DNA of 54,025 nucleotides from IMG/VR virus record IMGVR_UViG_2526164690_000030; one strand, 5' to 3'. The DNA is from a virus. Taxonomy: Duplodnaviria; Heunggongvirae; Uroviricota; Caudoviricetes. Below the pieces are notes generated by a model. The model saw nothing but the letters and a program-made list of their open reading frames with translations, searched no databases and was not told the DNA's origin. Position numbers and translations under genes: made by a program. This document shows positions 28,588 through 38,431 of the stretch, one piece after another; the first letter of the stretch is position 1, and each line of letters begins with the position of its first letter.

Positions 28588-29544
28588 TTAACCGATTGCT
28601 TTCAGGCCATGAACAAGAGCAAGTTGCGGGTCATCCGCCACGAAGAAACGGTCATCACGAATATTAACTTGCTCGCGAATTGCATCTGCCACCAGCGGTG
28701 CGCCACCACCGATCACCATGACATGCGTATATCCTTTAAAGTCGCCAATCACATCAAGAACGCGGGTACGCAGACGGTCAATGCTTGCGGCAATGGCCTT
28801 TTTCACATCACCAATCGCTGATGGGTCATTGATATTGTCGTTCAGATAATCTTCATCGTGGCGGTTAATAATGAGCTGATCAACATTGTAATTTGACGTT
28901 TCGGTATTGGCCCTTGCAAGTGCTTGCCTTACTTCCCTGGTGACCAGTGATACACCAAGATTCGAATCGCCAAAAACACGGGAAACTGCCGTCATTTGTC
29001 CAGCGACCATTGAAACATCAAGGGTAGTTCCACCCAAATCGACGATAAGAACAGAGTGGGCAGGGTTCAGATTGTCGCACAGGCTAATTCCCGCCGGGAT
29101 AGACTCCGGGCGTACCGTAACTTTCTTAATAGTGAATACATTGCCTTTATTCAGCGTGACGGGGCGCATAAGACTGGCTTTCTTGCGCTCGATGTTATCG
29201 AGATTGTATTGCGCGTCGTCGTCGTAAAACTCTGCCAGAGGCAGCGTGACCACAATTTCTACTTCCTGCGGCTCAATACCGCTTGTCAGCAGGGCATGGT
29301 GAACAGCCAGGACGTTAAGCGGGCTGTATTGCCATTCCACATTATTCGTCGGCAGAACATCTGGCGATATCAAGTCGTATGAATACTTTTCGTCGTCAAT
29401 GACATAGTTAAACGGCTTGCCCGCACCAAATGTTGCTGACCATCCGCGCTTAAAGCTGTTAGGGCTGATGTGAGTGCGAGTTTCCCCGTCGTGCTCCCAC
29501 AGCATTTTGATATTGGTTGAACCATCATCGATAAAAATGCGCAT
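28588..29544 (-). CDS. parM: ParM/StbA actin-like segregation ATPase
   Basis: MRIFIDDGSTNIKMLWEHDG...ISPNSFKRGW...LIVDLGGTTLDVS...THVMVIGGGA matches R1 ParM along its length; track ORF has 8 extra N-terminal codons. Confidence 0.85.
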   Translation of the reverse strand: MRIFIDDGSTNIKMLWEHDGETRTHISPNSFKRGWSATFGAGKPFNYVIDDEKYSYDLISPDVLPTNNVEWQYSPLNVLAVHHALLTSGIEPQEVEIVVTLPLAEFYDDDAQYNLDNIERKKASLMRPVTLNKGNVFTIKKVTVRPESIPAGISLCDNLNPAHSVLIVDLGGTTLDVSMVAGQMTAVSRVFGDSNLGVSLVTREVRQALARANTETSNYNVDQLIINRHDEDYLNDNINDPSAIGDVKKAIAASIDRLRTRVLDVIGDFKGYTHVMVIGGGAPLVADAIREQVNIRDDRFFVADDPQLALVHGLKAIG

Positions 29545-29568
29545 CTTCTTGCTCCACTTCTGAGACAC

Positions 29569-29720
29569 ATTTGAGAATCAAAATGTAATTTTAAAAGAGA
29601 AGCCCCCAAAAATCCACACCAAACGAGATAAAAAAGGGCGCTTGTTGAGTTTATTTTGAGAATATCTTAATCACCCACCGAATGATGGTCTGATAGTGAG
29701 ATTTATTTGAGAGCGAATTG
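29569..29720. repeat. parC-like centromere repeats (TTGAGAAT / TTGAGAGC direct repeats) upstream of parM
   Basis: At least four spaced copies of TTGAGA(A/G) in the parM upstream region. Confidence 0.45.
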
Positions 29721-29810
29721 AGAATACAAAAATATTCCGAAATTTAACTCTCCGTTTGAATGACGAAATAACAAAGTGATGACAATAGAAGGATAACCAG
29801 GAGGTGAAGA

Positions 29811-30095
29811 ATGAGCGCAATAGCCACCAGCGACACCCTTTGTTCTGGTCACGGAGGATTTCCGCCGCGACTGGTAGCTGAAACCGTTCCCTGGTTCACC
29901 GTTAACGGTAAGCCAGTTGTTGTAGATGGTGCCATGTTTCCCAGTCACACTGACGGTAACAGTGCACATCCAGGGGCAGCTGTATCGACGCGAGCATGGT
30001 TTTCGATAGGTGGAAAGGGAGTTGTCTGTGTAGGCGATCTGCTTTCTTGTGGTTCTGTTATCGCCAACGGCGAGGATATTTTTCAGGTTGCATAA
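29811..30095 (+). CDS. PAAR-domain spike-tip protein
   Basis: 94 aa; TVNGKPVVVDGAMFPSH, HPGAAVS and CVGDLLSCGSVIANG fit PAAR repeats. Confidence 0.6.
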   Translation: MSAIATSDTLCSGHGGFPPRLVAETVPWFTVNGKPVVVDGAMFPSHTDGNSAHPGAAVSTRAWFSIGGKGVVCVGDLLSCGSVIANGEDIFQVA

Positions 30096-30901
30096 TGCTT
30101 GATTCAATAGGTGAAGTTAAAGCCTTCAAAATTCTGTCAGATGCCGGTATCTCTACACCAGAATCTATAACCATAAGCCGAGCAGCTTCTGTAAAAGCCT
30201 CATCGCTCGCCAGCGCCATACAGGGAATAGTTCACGCCGATAAAACCTATCCTGATTCTGTTTCGGCCTGGACTACTCAATTGCTTGGCTTTTCTGAACA
30301 GCTCAATGAGGCCAGCAAAGCGTCTTCATTACTGGCTGATTCTCTTTCCCCATACACCAAGCCATCAGAGCTGTTACAGATGAAGATTGGCTGGGAATGC
30401 TACGCAAAAGGTAACGAGCTGACCCCCATACCTGCTTTCGCCCTTGTTGAGGGAATGGGGAATGTTTCCATTCCGCAATCTCTAACGGACGCATTGACGG
30501 CGCTAAAACTTGATGCTCTGAAAACCGCCATGAACGCCATTAACGCAAAAATTGAAGCTGCCGGAAGTGCTGGTGGTGGTGATAGCAATGGTGGACAGGG
30601 TGGTGCTGGGGGCGCTCAGGCTCCAGTCATTACTCAGGATGAAATTGATGCTTTACGGGAAGCAGTGACAGCCGCCGAAGCTTTACTCTCCGAAATTAAC
30701 TCAGCAAGTGAGAGTGTCGTAGCCCTTACAGGTCGCATTAAAACGTCAACCACTCAGGCAACCAAAGGTTTAGAGAACGCTGTCGCCATCACGTTAACTG
30801 GCTCTCTACTGGATGATGCAGTAATGAGTCCGGCAATCAGTTTAATCATGCCACAAGGCGTTATCGATGCGCTCCAAAAGAACACCAAAAAGGAACCATA
30901 G
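30095..30901 (+). CDS. Hypothetical protein with Gly-rich linker (268 aa), translationally coupled to the PAAR gene
   Basis: ATG overlaps PAAR stop (TAATG); GSAGGGDSNGGQGGAGGAQ linker. Confidence 0.4.
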   Translation: MLDSIGEVKAFKILSDAGISTPESITISRAASVKASSLASAIQGIVHADKTYPDSVSAWTTQLLGFSEQLNEASKASSLLADSLSPYTKPSELLQMKIGWECYAKGNELTPIPAFALVEGMGNVSIPQSLTDALTALKLDALKTAMNAINAKIEAAGSAGGGDSNGGQGGAGGAQAPVITQDEIDALREAVTAAEALLSEINSASESVVALTGRIKTSTTQATKGLENAVAITLTGSLLDDAVMSPAISLIMPQGVIDALQKNTKKEP

Positions 30902-30956
30902 CAACACCACTTAGGCACACAAAAGGATGTAATTTGGTACATGTTTAACACCGAAA

Positions 30957-31430
30957 ATGAACCTGAAGAGGATGGTTTTGAAAAAGATAATTTTGATTGT
31001 AATTGCGCTTTTAGCCATTTCTGGAATTTACCGAACAACGACGGCAGTTATCGAACACATCAGGTATGTCCGATCGCTTGAAGACTCAAAATCACAACTG
31101 GAAAGCACGAACAACACGCTTTCTACCGCATTACAGTTAAGTGAGAACGCTCGCTCAGCCATGCTGACCGAAAACGAAAGAATTAAAGCACTGGAAAAGG
31201 AGTACCAGCGCAAAACAGCAGAACTGAATGCCAACCTAATCAAACAACGAGAGGAAAGCCAGAATGAAATCACTCGCCTTGAAAATGCGTTACGCCGTGC
31301 TGGGATTAACGATGTGCGTGTGCCTGATGACGTTATCAGGATGCAGCGGGAACGGGCAAAAGCCATCAACCAGCGTGCCAGTGAAAATTACCGTAGAAGC
31401 CACCAGCAAGCCGCAGGCAAATCTGATTGA
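30957..31430 (+). CDS. i-spanin (Rz-like): N-terminal TM helix plus coiled coil
   Basis: IILIVIALLAISGIY TM segment followed by a long helical region. Confidence 0.5.
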   Translation: MNLKRMVLKKIILIVIALLAISGIYRTTTAVIEHIRYVRSLEDSKSQLESTNNTLSTALQLSENARSAMLTENERIKALEKEYQRKTAELNANLIKQREESQNEITRLENALRRAGINDVRVPDDVIRMQRERAKAINQRASENYRRSHQQAAGKSD

Positions 31431-31596
31431 TTACTCCCCTTGTTTAGTGCCAGAAGACACGCCAGTGCTGTTAAACAAGTATCCGACATACGCTGAACAG
31501 TTATTCAGCACGATCGACGAATGCAACCAACGAAACGCACTGAATAACCAAAGAAACAGGGAGATTTGGGAAGGGAAGGGGGATCAAGGCTCCTGA
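31264..31596 (+). CDS. o-spanin (Rz1-like outer-membrane lipoprotein), overlapped architecture
   Basis: Starts inside the i-spanin gene in another frame; signal peptide with lipobox LSGC; Pro-rich mature region. Confidence 0.45.
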   Translation: MKSLALKMRYAVLGLTMCVCLMTLSGCSGNGQKPSTSVPVKITVEATSKPQANLIDYSPCLVPEDTPVLLNKYPTYAEQLFSTIDECNQRNALNNQRNREIWEGKGDQGS

Positions 31597-32042
31597 AGCC
31601 AGATGTCCTGGCTGTCAGCTTCTTCGAAACCGTGACAGACGTTAAAGTCACTCAAACGATACTGACGCTGACGGCCCCTATTTCGCTCATGCCAATGCAT
31701 ATATCCACCAGCAAATGCCAGCGGACAATCGCTATAGTCTATGTAACCAATACCATTCCCCAAACGTGCTTCGCGCGCACCAGCTTTCCAGGACAGTAGA
31801 AAAGAGTCACGATCCGCCAGCATAACAACAAAATCGTCCGGATCTCCGATACAGTGAAGAATACCTGCCTTACATAACTGCTTGAGCGCTTTTGACTGGC
31901 TCAGGATGTCTTCTCCGTAATACTGAAAACAATCATCAACAACAGCGGGATAGCCTGCCGGGGGATTCAGGCTGGTTGGTATAGCTGACGCGATCGCCAG
32001 CATTAAGCGATATTGTGTTTTTGATGGGTTAACGTGACTCAT
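31584..32042 (-). CDS. Hypothetical protein (152 aa)
   Basis: ORF only. Confidence 0.35.
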   Translation of the reverse strand: MSHVNPSKTQYRLMLAIASAIPTSLNPPAGYPAVVDDCFQYYGEDILSQSKALKQLCKAGILHCIGDPDDFVVMLADRDSFLLSWKAGAREARLGNGIGYIDYSDCPLAFAGGYMHWHERNRGRQRQYRLSDFNVCHGFEEADSQDIWLQEP

Positions 32043-32058
32043 TTTGTCCCTTGTTTAC

Positions 32059-32451
32059 TCATTGTCGCCATGCATTTTTTAACTCAGGAATATCTGCCAT
32101 TTCAATTAACTTGCGAAGTCCAGCACTGACTTTCCCATTACCAACCATAGCAAGCCAATCTCTTACTGCTTTCGGCATGTAGAGCGTTGCTGTTACCGGC
32201 TCTTCAACCCTGGCAGGACATCCGCATACAGGCCATTTAATTGATTCCATAACTTCGGAGGCCGGAGTGAGGGCGGGGGCATTGAGTATATCTCTACCAG
32301 AAAACTGGATAACGATCCGTTCAGCGAGCGAGAGTATCTCACTTTCGGCAAGAATTGATGCCAACTGCGCCTCAACAAGAAAGCGACTTGTTGTGTTCAG
32401 AGAGTGGCTCTTAGCGCCATTTTTATACGAAACAAAGATTCGATACGCCAT
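32059..32451 (-). CDS. Hypothetical protein (130 aa)
   Basis: ORF only; operator-like motif TTTGTGTTAGAAAA just upstream of its start. Confidence 0.35.
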   Translation of the reverse strand: MAYRIFVSYKNGAKSHSLNTTSRFLVEAQLASILAESEILSLAERIVIQFSGRDILNAPALTPASEVMESIKWPVCGCPARVEEPVTATLYMPKAVRDWLAMVGNGKVSAGLRKLIEMADIPELKNAWRQ

Positions 32452-32533
32452 AACTCTAATGATTTGTGTTAGAAAACCAAAATTAAATCACATAACAACA
32501 TGAGTGTTAATAGATTTTATTTTGCTAAACCTA

Positions 32534-32560
32534 TTGACTAAATCACAAAGTAGGTATTGT
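32534..32560 (+). promoter_or_regulatory. Candidate late-type promoter upstream of the head gene (TTGACT AAATCACAAAGT ... TATTGT)
   Basis: Shares the AAATCACAAA element with sites at 13418, 41173 and 48548. Confidence 0.4.
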
Positions 32561-32609
32561 TAGCCCGTCAAAAGAACCTTCACGCCGCGCCCGAATTTAG
32601 GGCTTAACC

Positions 32610-34307
32610 GTGAATAAAAACATTCAGCCAGCTCGTGATCGCGAGCGCGAGATTATGAATCGGGCGGCAAGCGTCATGGCTATGACCGTCGATCCGACCA
32701 CCGATGCAGCAGGAAACATGATTGCTGACCAGGCAGTAATGATGGAAAACCTGGATAAAGCAATCCAGAAAGTGCCTATGTTTGAAGGCGTAAATCCAGA
32801 GGTCGCTCGTCAGATCACTGGTGGGTGGGCTATGTCTCTGCATGAGTATAAACGTCAACATGGTCATTACCCGGCAAGTGACATCCTGGCGAACGCACAC
32901 ATGGCTCTTGAACGCTTGATGACTGAATGTGCCAGTGATACCCATGAAGGCACGGGTAAGGCAATGTTTGAGTCTGTCGCGCAATCAATGCGTAGCTCTG
33001 ACGGCGTAATGAAAGTTGCTCAATATGCTGCTCTAATTCTGCCTGCCTCTCTGGGCGCTGCTACCAGTGATGCCTGTACTTTTGTTCCTTGTGATCGTGA
33101 CGAGTCAAATATTTATGAACTGGTCAACGTAGCAGGCACAAAATTCGGCACCTTCAAACAAGGTGACGAACTGAATATGCAGTCAGCTGGTGTTTATTCT
33201 CAAATGAAGCGCCTGTATACCCTTTCCACTAAAGGGGATGGCAGCACCAAAACCTTCCAGTTCGACATCCAAAATTTTGAGGGACAATCCTGCCCGCTTC
33301 GCGCTGGTTATAACAAACTGCTGATCAACCGCAAACCGTCCAAAGTTGACGACGGCGATGGCAACCTTTATTTCAATGCTAAAGACAGCAAAGGTAATGC
33401 TTTCTCAGCGACTGCCAAAGTTGCCTATGACACTGGTGTCATTGACATTACATTTACCCAGGCTCCGCCAGAAGGTACTGAAATTGCTGTTCAGGTCGAA
33501 ATTAACATCGAGCGCAATCCAAGCCTGATTCCGGTGATCAACCAGGCTATGCGTAAGTACGAAGTTCGTCCGTCCCAGTACGTAATTGCTTCCGAACACA
33601 CGGTAATGTCCGCATCCGATTTAAGCCGTGAGCACGGCCTTGAATTAGCGGCACTTCAGTTCTCCGCGATGCGTAACTGGATCTCCCATGAAACCGACAT
33701 CATGCGTCTGCGCACCCTGGTATTCCATACCGTTTATGGTCGTGAATTTGATGTGGCTCTGCCGGAAGCTCAAAACTATGAGTCCTGGGTCGGCCTCCTG
33801 CGTCACGTAGTAAACGCTCTGTCTCAAGAAATGGCAAATCGTACCCTGACAACGGGTATTCGTGGCGGCTTTGCTGGTGGTGACGCCGCGAACTTCCTGC
33901 GCTCTCTGCCTCCACAGCACTTCCAGATCGCACCAGGTTACGTTCAGTCGCCGTATGTACAGTACATCGGCACCCTGTTTGGCACGATTCGTATTTACGA
34001 AGTGCCGCAACCTGTCTGTGAGCAATTCCAGGCACAGGGATATGACTTCGGGCTGGATGACATCTTCTTCTATGGGCGTGGCGAAGGCATCGGTAAAGCC
34101 GGTCTGATTGCTGGTGATGCAGTCCCAGCAATCCCTTACGTGCACGAAACCAATCCGTCTCTCGTTAACCGTACCACTCTCTGGGGCAGTGCCATCAACG
34201 AAGTACATCCTCGCAACGGTGAAAACTACTTCACCCGCCTGCGTCTGACTCGTGCCAAAGAAGGTGCTATCGACATGCTGACAGGCAAGGTTAACGAAAA
34301 AAAGTGA
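32610..34307 (+). CDS. Putative major head (capsid) protein precursor (P1 gp23-like by size and position)
   Basis: 565-aa ORF heading the morphogenesis cluster; synteny-based assignment. Confidence 0.3.
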   Translation: MNKNIQPARDREREIMNRAASVMAMTVDPTTDAAGNMIADQAVMMENLDKAIQKVPMFEGVNPEVARQITGGWAMSLHEYKRQHGHYPASDILANAHMALERLMTECASDTHEGTGKAMFESVAQSMRSSDGVMKVAQYAALILPASLGAATSDACTFVPCDRDESNIYELVNVAGTKFGTFKQGDELNMQSAGVYSQMKRLYTLSTKGDGSTKTFQFDIQNFEGQSCPLRAGYNKLLINRKPSKVDDGDGNLYFNAKDSKGNAFSATAKVAYDTGVIDITFTQAPPEGTEIAVQVEINIERNPSLIPVINQAMRKYEVRPSQYVIASEHTVMSASDLSREHGLELAALQFSAMRNWISHETDIMRLRTLVFHTVYGREFDVALPEAQNYESWVGLLRHVVNALSQEMANRTLTTGIRGGFAGGDAANFLRSLPPQHFQIAPGYVQSPYVQYIGTLFGTIRIYEVPQPVCEQFQAQGYDFGLDDIFFYGRGEGIGKAGLIAGDAVPAIPYVHETNPSLVNRTTLWGSAINEVHPRNGENYFTRLRLTRAKEGAIDMLTGKVNEKK

Positions 34308-34410
34308 TGGTGGCGAACGTGTCGGTATCACCAACGTCACTTGACGTAGATGAAGGTGAAACTATCGCCGCGAACACTTCAAAGGCACAGAAAAAAACAA
34401 AGCAGAAGTA

Positions 34411-34445
34411 AGGCAAAAACACGCCCCTGAATAAGGGGCGTTCAG
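34411..34445 (+). terminator. Hairpin (cgcccc-tgaataa-ggggcg), possible attenuator after the head gene
   Basis: Seen directly. Confidence 0.35.
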
Positions 34446-34454
34446 GAGAAAAGA

Positions 34455-34733
34455 ATGGCAAACATTCAAGTAACTATCACGCCATCTGACGCAACAGACA
34501 AATCTTTCACTGTTGAGTCAGATCACCCTGAAATTGTCCAGGTTGATGGCACTACATGTACCGCTCTTAAGGCCGGGCAGGCAGTGCTGACAATCAAAAC
34601 AAATGACGGCAATAAAACCGCACAGTGCACAGTCACTGTTAGGGAGGCACCTAAAAGCGTAAGCGCCGTCAGTGTTGAACCAACTACGAAAGAAGTAACC
34701 GTAGGCGACAACTTCACGGTAAGCGAATCCTGA
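34455..34733 (+). CDS. Bacterial Ig-like (Big_2-type) domain protein, possible decoration protein
   Basis: ITPSDATDKSFTVESDHPEIVQVDGTTCTALKAGQAVLTIKTNDGNKTAQCTVTV Ig-like pattern. Confidence 0.5.
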   Translation: MANIQVTITPSDATDKSFTVESDHPEIVQVDGTTCTALKAGQAVLTIKTNDGNKTAQCTVTVREAPKSVSAVSVEPTTKEVTVGDNFTVSES

Positions 34734-34800
34734 TCAGAGGCTGCCCATTAACCGTGGGTAGCCTTGCCTCGTTCTCTCGCTTTAGAGGATAAGAACCAGC

Positions 34801-36459
34801 ATGAATAAGATTAGTTTTTCGGTAGGGCAGGCAGCTGGCGTTGCTGTAATGTCAGTAAATGCTGACGCTACCCTCACCAATACCAGCGGTGGCGCATCCG
34901 TCTTTGCTGGGTTTGTAATATCGCGTCGTGGCGCACCGGGTAAGGTACTGAAAGTTGACGATACGACTTATCAAAGCGTATTAGGTTCACCGATTCACCC
35001 TCGCCAGGGCGCGGCATTTGAACCATATCGCCACGTGGAGCGTGCAGTAAAAGGCGGATCTGGATATGTCGTTCGAGTTTGCGCTAAAGACATGAAGGTG
35101 CCGGGTATTTCTGTTTCCGTTGTGGGCAAAGCAAAAGCGGCAAAGGCGAGCAAAGAACTTTCCGTTGAACCTACTGAAACCACAGTAAATCCAGGTGACA
35201 CATTAAGCGTTGGTGTTGCTTCAACTGCAACGACTCAATCAGTGTCCTTCACACCCAAAGAGACGCCCCAGATTAAAGGTGAAGAGAAGGCATTATTCTT
35301 CATCAAAGATGGTGATGCATCTCAAAATCGCACGTTATCACTAACTCGCGATGATGAAGAAAGCGAACTCTTTACGCTGACGCTGAAAGAAAAACAAACC
35401 GATGGGTCCATTGAGGTGCTGGAAAGCCACCAAGTGTCTTTCAATCCAGAAGGCACTAACGACATGGGCCAACCAGCATGGATTCCGACACTGCTTGAAA
35501 GCCAGTCCACTCGCATTGGTGCCGTACTGGCAGATAATGCAGAAGCATCCGCTGCTCAACTCATTTTTGAGGATGTAGCTTTTGAAGGTGGTACTGATGG
35601 AGATCTGTCCGAAATTGACACTGAAGACTATCTGGAAGCATTAAAGGTTCTCGAAGCTTCAGAGGTTAATTACACCGCATTGCTGTCACTGGGTTGTTAT
35701 GACGCATCCGCCTTAGCCGCAATCAAAAAGCTGGCTGAAGATGTTCGCGTAGACATGTTCTATGACCTGAAGGGCAACCAGACACCTGAAAACGCTATTT
35801 CAGAAGCGAAAAGCCATAGTTTTGGCGGCTCACATCAACCAAGCCGTTACTACTTCCCGCTCTCCTGCCGAGATACTTTCACTGGAATGAATGTCGTCTA
35901 TGGCATTAGCTGCGACGCATTCGTAGCGAAAGCAAAAGGAGTGGCGCTGGTACCGGATGTTGGTGGTTGGCATTACGCACCGGCAGGTATATCACGCGCG
36001 ATTATTGATCGACAGAACATTGCCCGAATTCCAAATATCGGTGCAGTTGATCGTGAAGCGTTCGTTCTTGCGCGCATTAATCCAGTTTCAGTTGCTGCTG
36101 ACGGGTCCGTTTACATTGACGACTCTTTAACAACTTACAGCAAAAACAACTATCTGCGATTCCAGCATGTGTCTTCCTTGATGAACGCCATCGCCAGAGA
36201 TTTCTATGAAGTAGCTCAGGCGATTAAGCACGAACCGGATGGCATTACCAAAGAAACGCTAATGAAAGCAATGACTGAATTGCTTGACCGTTACGTTGCA
36301 GCCGGTGCGCTGGTTACTCCACGTGACAAGTCCCAGGGTGAAGATCCATATGTTGTTCAGGTTGTCCAAAAGGACATCGATCTGTGGGAAGTGTCCTGGT
36401 CTGTTTGTCCGACCGGTACAGCTCGCCGAATCGTCGGTAAGCCAATTCTGATGCGCTGA
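34801..36459 (+). CDS. Putative tail sheath protein (P1 gp22-like by size and position)
   Basis: 552-aa ORF following the head gene; synteny-based. Confidence 0.3.
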   Translation: MNKISFSVGQAAGVAVMSVNADATLTNTSGGASVFAGFVISRRGAPGKVLKVDDTTYQSVLGSPIHPRQGAAFEPYRHVERAVKGGSGYVVRVCAKDMKVPGISVSVVGKAKAAKASKELSVEPTETTVNPGDTLSVGVASTATTQSVSFTPKETPQIKGEEKALFFIKDGDASQNRTLSLTRDDEESELFTLTLKEKQTDGSIEVLESHQVSFNPEGTNDMGQPAWIPTLLESQSTRIGAVLADNAEASAAQLIFEDVAFEGGTDGDLSEIDTEDYLEALKVLEASEVNYTALLSLGCYDASALAAIKKLAEDVRVDMFYDLKGNQTPENAISEAKSHSFGGSHQPSRYYFPLSCRDTFTGMNVVYGISCDAFVAKAKGVALVPDVGGWHYAPAGISRAIIDRQNIARIPNIGAVDREAFVLARINPVSVAADGSVYIDDSLTTYSKNNYLRFQHVSSLMNAIARDFYEVAQAIKHEPDGITKETLMKAMTELLDRYVAAGALVTPRDKSQGEDPYVVQVVQKDIDLWEVSWSVCPTGTARRIVGKPILMR

Positions 36460-36496
36460 TTTATAACCCCCGCTAAATGATGCGGGGGAGAGAGGT

Positions 36497-37237
36497 TTGA
36501 ATATGAAAAATTATACTGCTGATCCTTTTATGCGTGCGATTTTCGGTTCTGGCTGCTTTGAAAGCGGTGATAAATCCACGCAGGACAATAATGATAACGC
36601 CATGCTGGAAAGCGCAGGACAGAAAGGAAAGGACACTCAACCAAAGCCCAAAGACGACATTGAAACCGCGATGATGGAAGCGGTTGAATCCCGTGCACAA
36701 GGTGATATGCGCAGCCTGGCAGCTTCCATGCTTGCTGGTTGGGTTGAAGATGGTGATCCGGAGGCTGACTCATTTGATGCATTAGCAATCACTATGGCTG
36801 GCCTGGCTGATATCGATGAAGACACCGATTTCACCGATGAGCAAATCGATGCTTATAACGATGCTCTCGCAGCTCTTGCTGATGCAGCTGTTGCGCTTGG
36901 CGCTGATCAGGACGATGTAACCGAAATGATCGACGATGAAGATGACTCAGCTGCCGAACGTGTTTATGACGCTCTTTCCGAAAGCGACACCGACATGATG
37001 GAAACAGCTATTGCCATTTACACCGTTGCTGGTGGTGATAGCGCAATGCTGGAAGCGGTACGTAAAAAAGTGGTTCGTGATGGCAAGGTTACCATCATCC
37101 GTAAACGCCCGCGTCCTCGCCGCATGACGTCATTGCAAAAACAGGCGCTGAAAAAAGCACGCCGCAAAGCACATACATCCGTAGCGAATATCAACCGCAA
37201 AAAATCAATGCGCATTCGCAAAAAACGCGGTTTGTAA
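36497..37237 (+). CDS. Highly acidic protein with strongly basic C-terminal tail
   Basis: Asp/Glu-rich core (DIDEDTDFTDEQIDAY, DDEDDSAAE) and C-terminus IIRKRPRPRRMTSLQKQALKKARRKAHTSVANINRKKSMRIRKKRGL. Confidence 0.45.
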   Translation: MNMKNYTADPFMRAIFGSGCFESGDKSTQDNNDNAMLESAGQKGKDTQPKPKDDIETAMMEAVESRAQGDMRSLAASMLAGWVEDGDPEADSFDALAITMAGLADIDEDTDFTDEQIDAYNDALAALADAAVALGADQDDVTEMIDDEDDSAAERVYDALSESDTDMMETAIAIYTVAGGDSAMLEAVRKKVVRDGKVTIIRKRPRPRRMTSLQKQALKKARRKAHTSVANINRKKSMRIRKKRGL

Positions 37238-37286
37238 GTGACACAGGCCGCCTGCAAAGGTGGCCTCTACCTGGGAGAAATAGCGT

Positions 37287-37877
37287 TTGATTTGCGGCGC
37301 GATAATGCCTGACGGAATAAGTCCGTTAATGAAGGTTTATATCCTCTCTTCAGAGGATATGGTCGTCGGTTATATCGGTGAAGGATCTACCGCAGAACTG
37401 TCATCAATGTGGCAATCACCATTTGAAAACCAGTCAGTAGGAGGTTTGCTTGGCGGTATTAGCGCTGCGGCTGGCTCTCTTGCAGATACGCTTCAGACCG
37501 CAACCGGCGTAACAACAAAAACCCTCTTCAACTCAATGCTTGTTTGGGAAGGTCAGCAACCGCCTGAATTTAATCTGGTAATTGATTTCATGGCGACAGT
37601 GAATGCGCAACTTGAAGTGAACGCAGCCATTACAGCATTGCTGAAGATGGAATCGCCGGAACTGAACAATGTAGCGCCATTCGGTCGTCGCCCGGAGACA
37701 GTAACGTTAAACATAGGTAGGAACATAGCCCTTACCGACGTTGTTATCAAAAGCGTGAGTTACCAACTGGACGCCCCGCGCACACCGGAAGGCTATTTCA
37801 CTCATAACACGGTAACCCTGCAATGCAGCGGTAACACATCGATCAACCGTAGCAATATCTCATCTGTTTTTGTGTAG
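37287..37877 (+). CDS. Hypothetical virion protein (196 aa)
   Basis: Position in morphogenesis cluster. Confidence 0.35.
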   Translation: MICGAIMPDGISPLMKVYILSSEDMVVGYIGEGSTAELSSMWQSPFENQSVGGLLGGISAAAGSLADTLQTATGVTTKTLFNSMLVWEGQQPPEFNLVIDFMATVNAQLEVNAAITALLKMESPELNNVAPFGRRPETVTLNIGRNIALTDVVIKSVSYQLDAPRTPEGYFTHNTVTLQCSGNTSINRSNISSVFV

Positions 37878-37885
37878 GAGTATTT

Positions 37886-38377
37886 ATGTCCGGTTTTGCA
37901 AATACAAAAGCCGATATGGCCTTTCTAAAATCCCGGTTTAATAAAAACCTGGCTGCAGGCGAAAAACTTATTGGTTCTGAATATTGGATGACCATTAAGG
38001 GTTACGAACATCTGTCTGTACTAGTTCGTACAGCTCAGTTACCAGAAATGACACGTGAAGATGTGGAGGATTACGCCCCTGGTGGCATGAAATTCAACCA
38101 GCACGGACCATTACGCAACTCTGGTGAATTTCAGGTCACATGCGCGGAAACTATCGAAGGCGCAGTTCTCGCCGCTGTAAAACAGATGGTATACGGAAAA
38201 GAATATCTGGAAATTACCTTACAGGCGGCGGCTGAATCGAATAGCGGTAACCATAAAGGTCTGATCCGCACATATTCTCATTGCAAAGTGTATTCCGACG
38301 CCGTGGACTTCTCATCCGAAGACGTAACGGCGGTCGTTAAACCTTCCCTGCGCATTGTTTACAACTGGGCGGAATAA
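37886..38377 (+). CDS. Hypothetical virion protein, tail tube candidate (163 aa)
   Basis: Size and position after the sheath candidate. Confidence 0.3.
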   Translation: MSGFANTKADMAFLKSRFNKNLAAGEKLIGSEYWMTIKGYEHLSVLVRTAQLPEMTREDVEDYAPGGMKFNQHGPLRNSGEFQVTCAETIEGAVLAAVKQMVYGKEYLEITLQAAAESNSGNHKGLIRTYSHCKVYSDAVDFSSEDVTAVVKPSLRIVYNWAE

Positions 38378-38431
38378 TCCCTATCCCGCCCTTGTGGCGG
38401 GAACATCCTTGTTATTGAGTTGTAGGCAACA

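Noticed and set aside
33645..34340. 231-aa and 143-aa minus-strand ORFs inside the head gene
   Set aside because: Antisense to a long plus-strand structural gene in an otherwise uniformly plus-strand operon.
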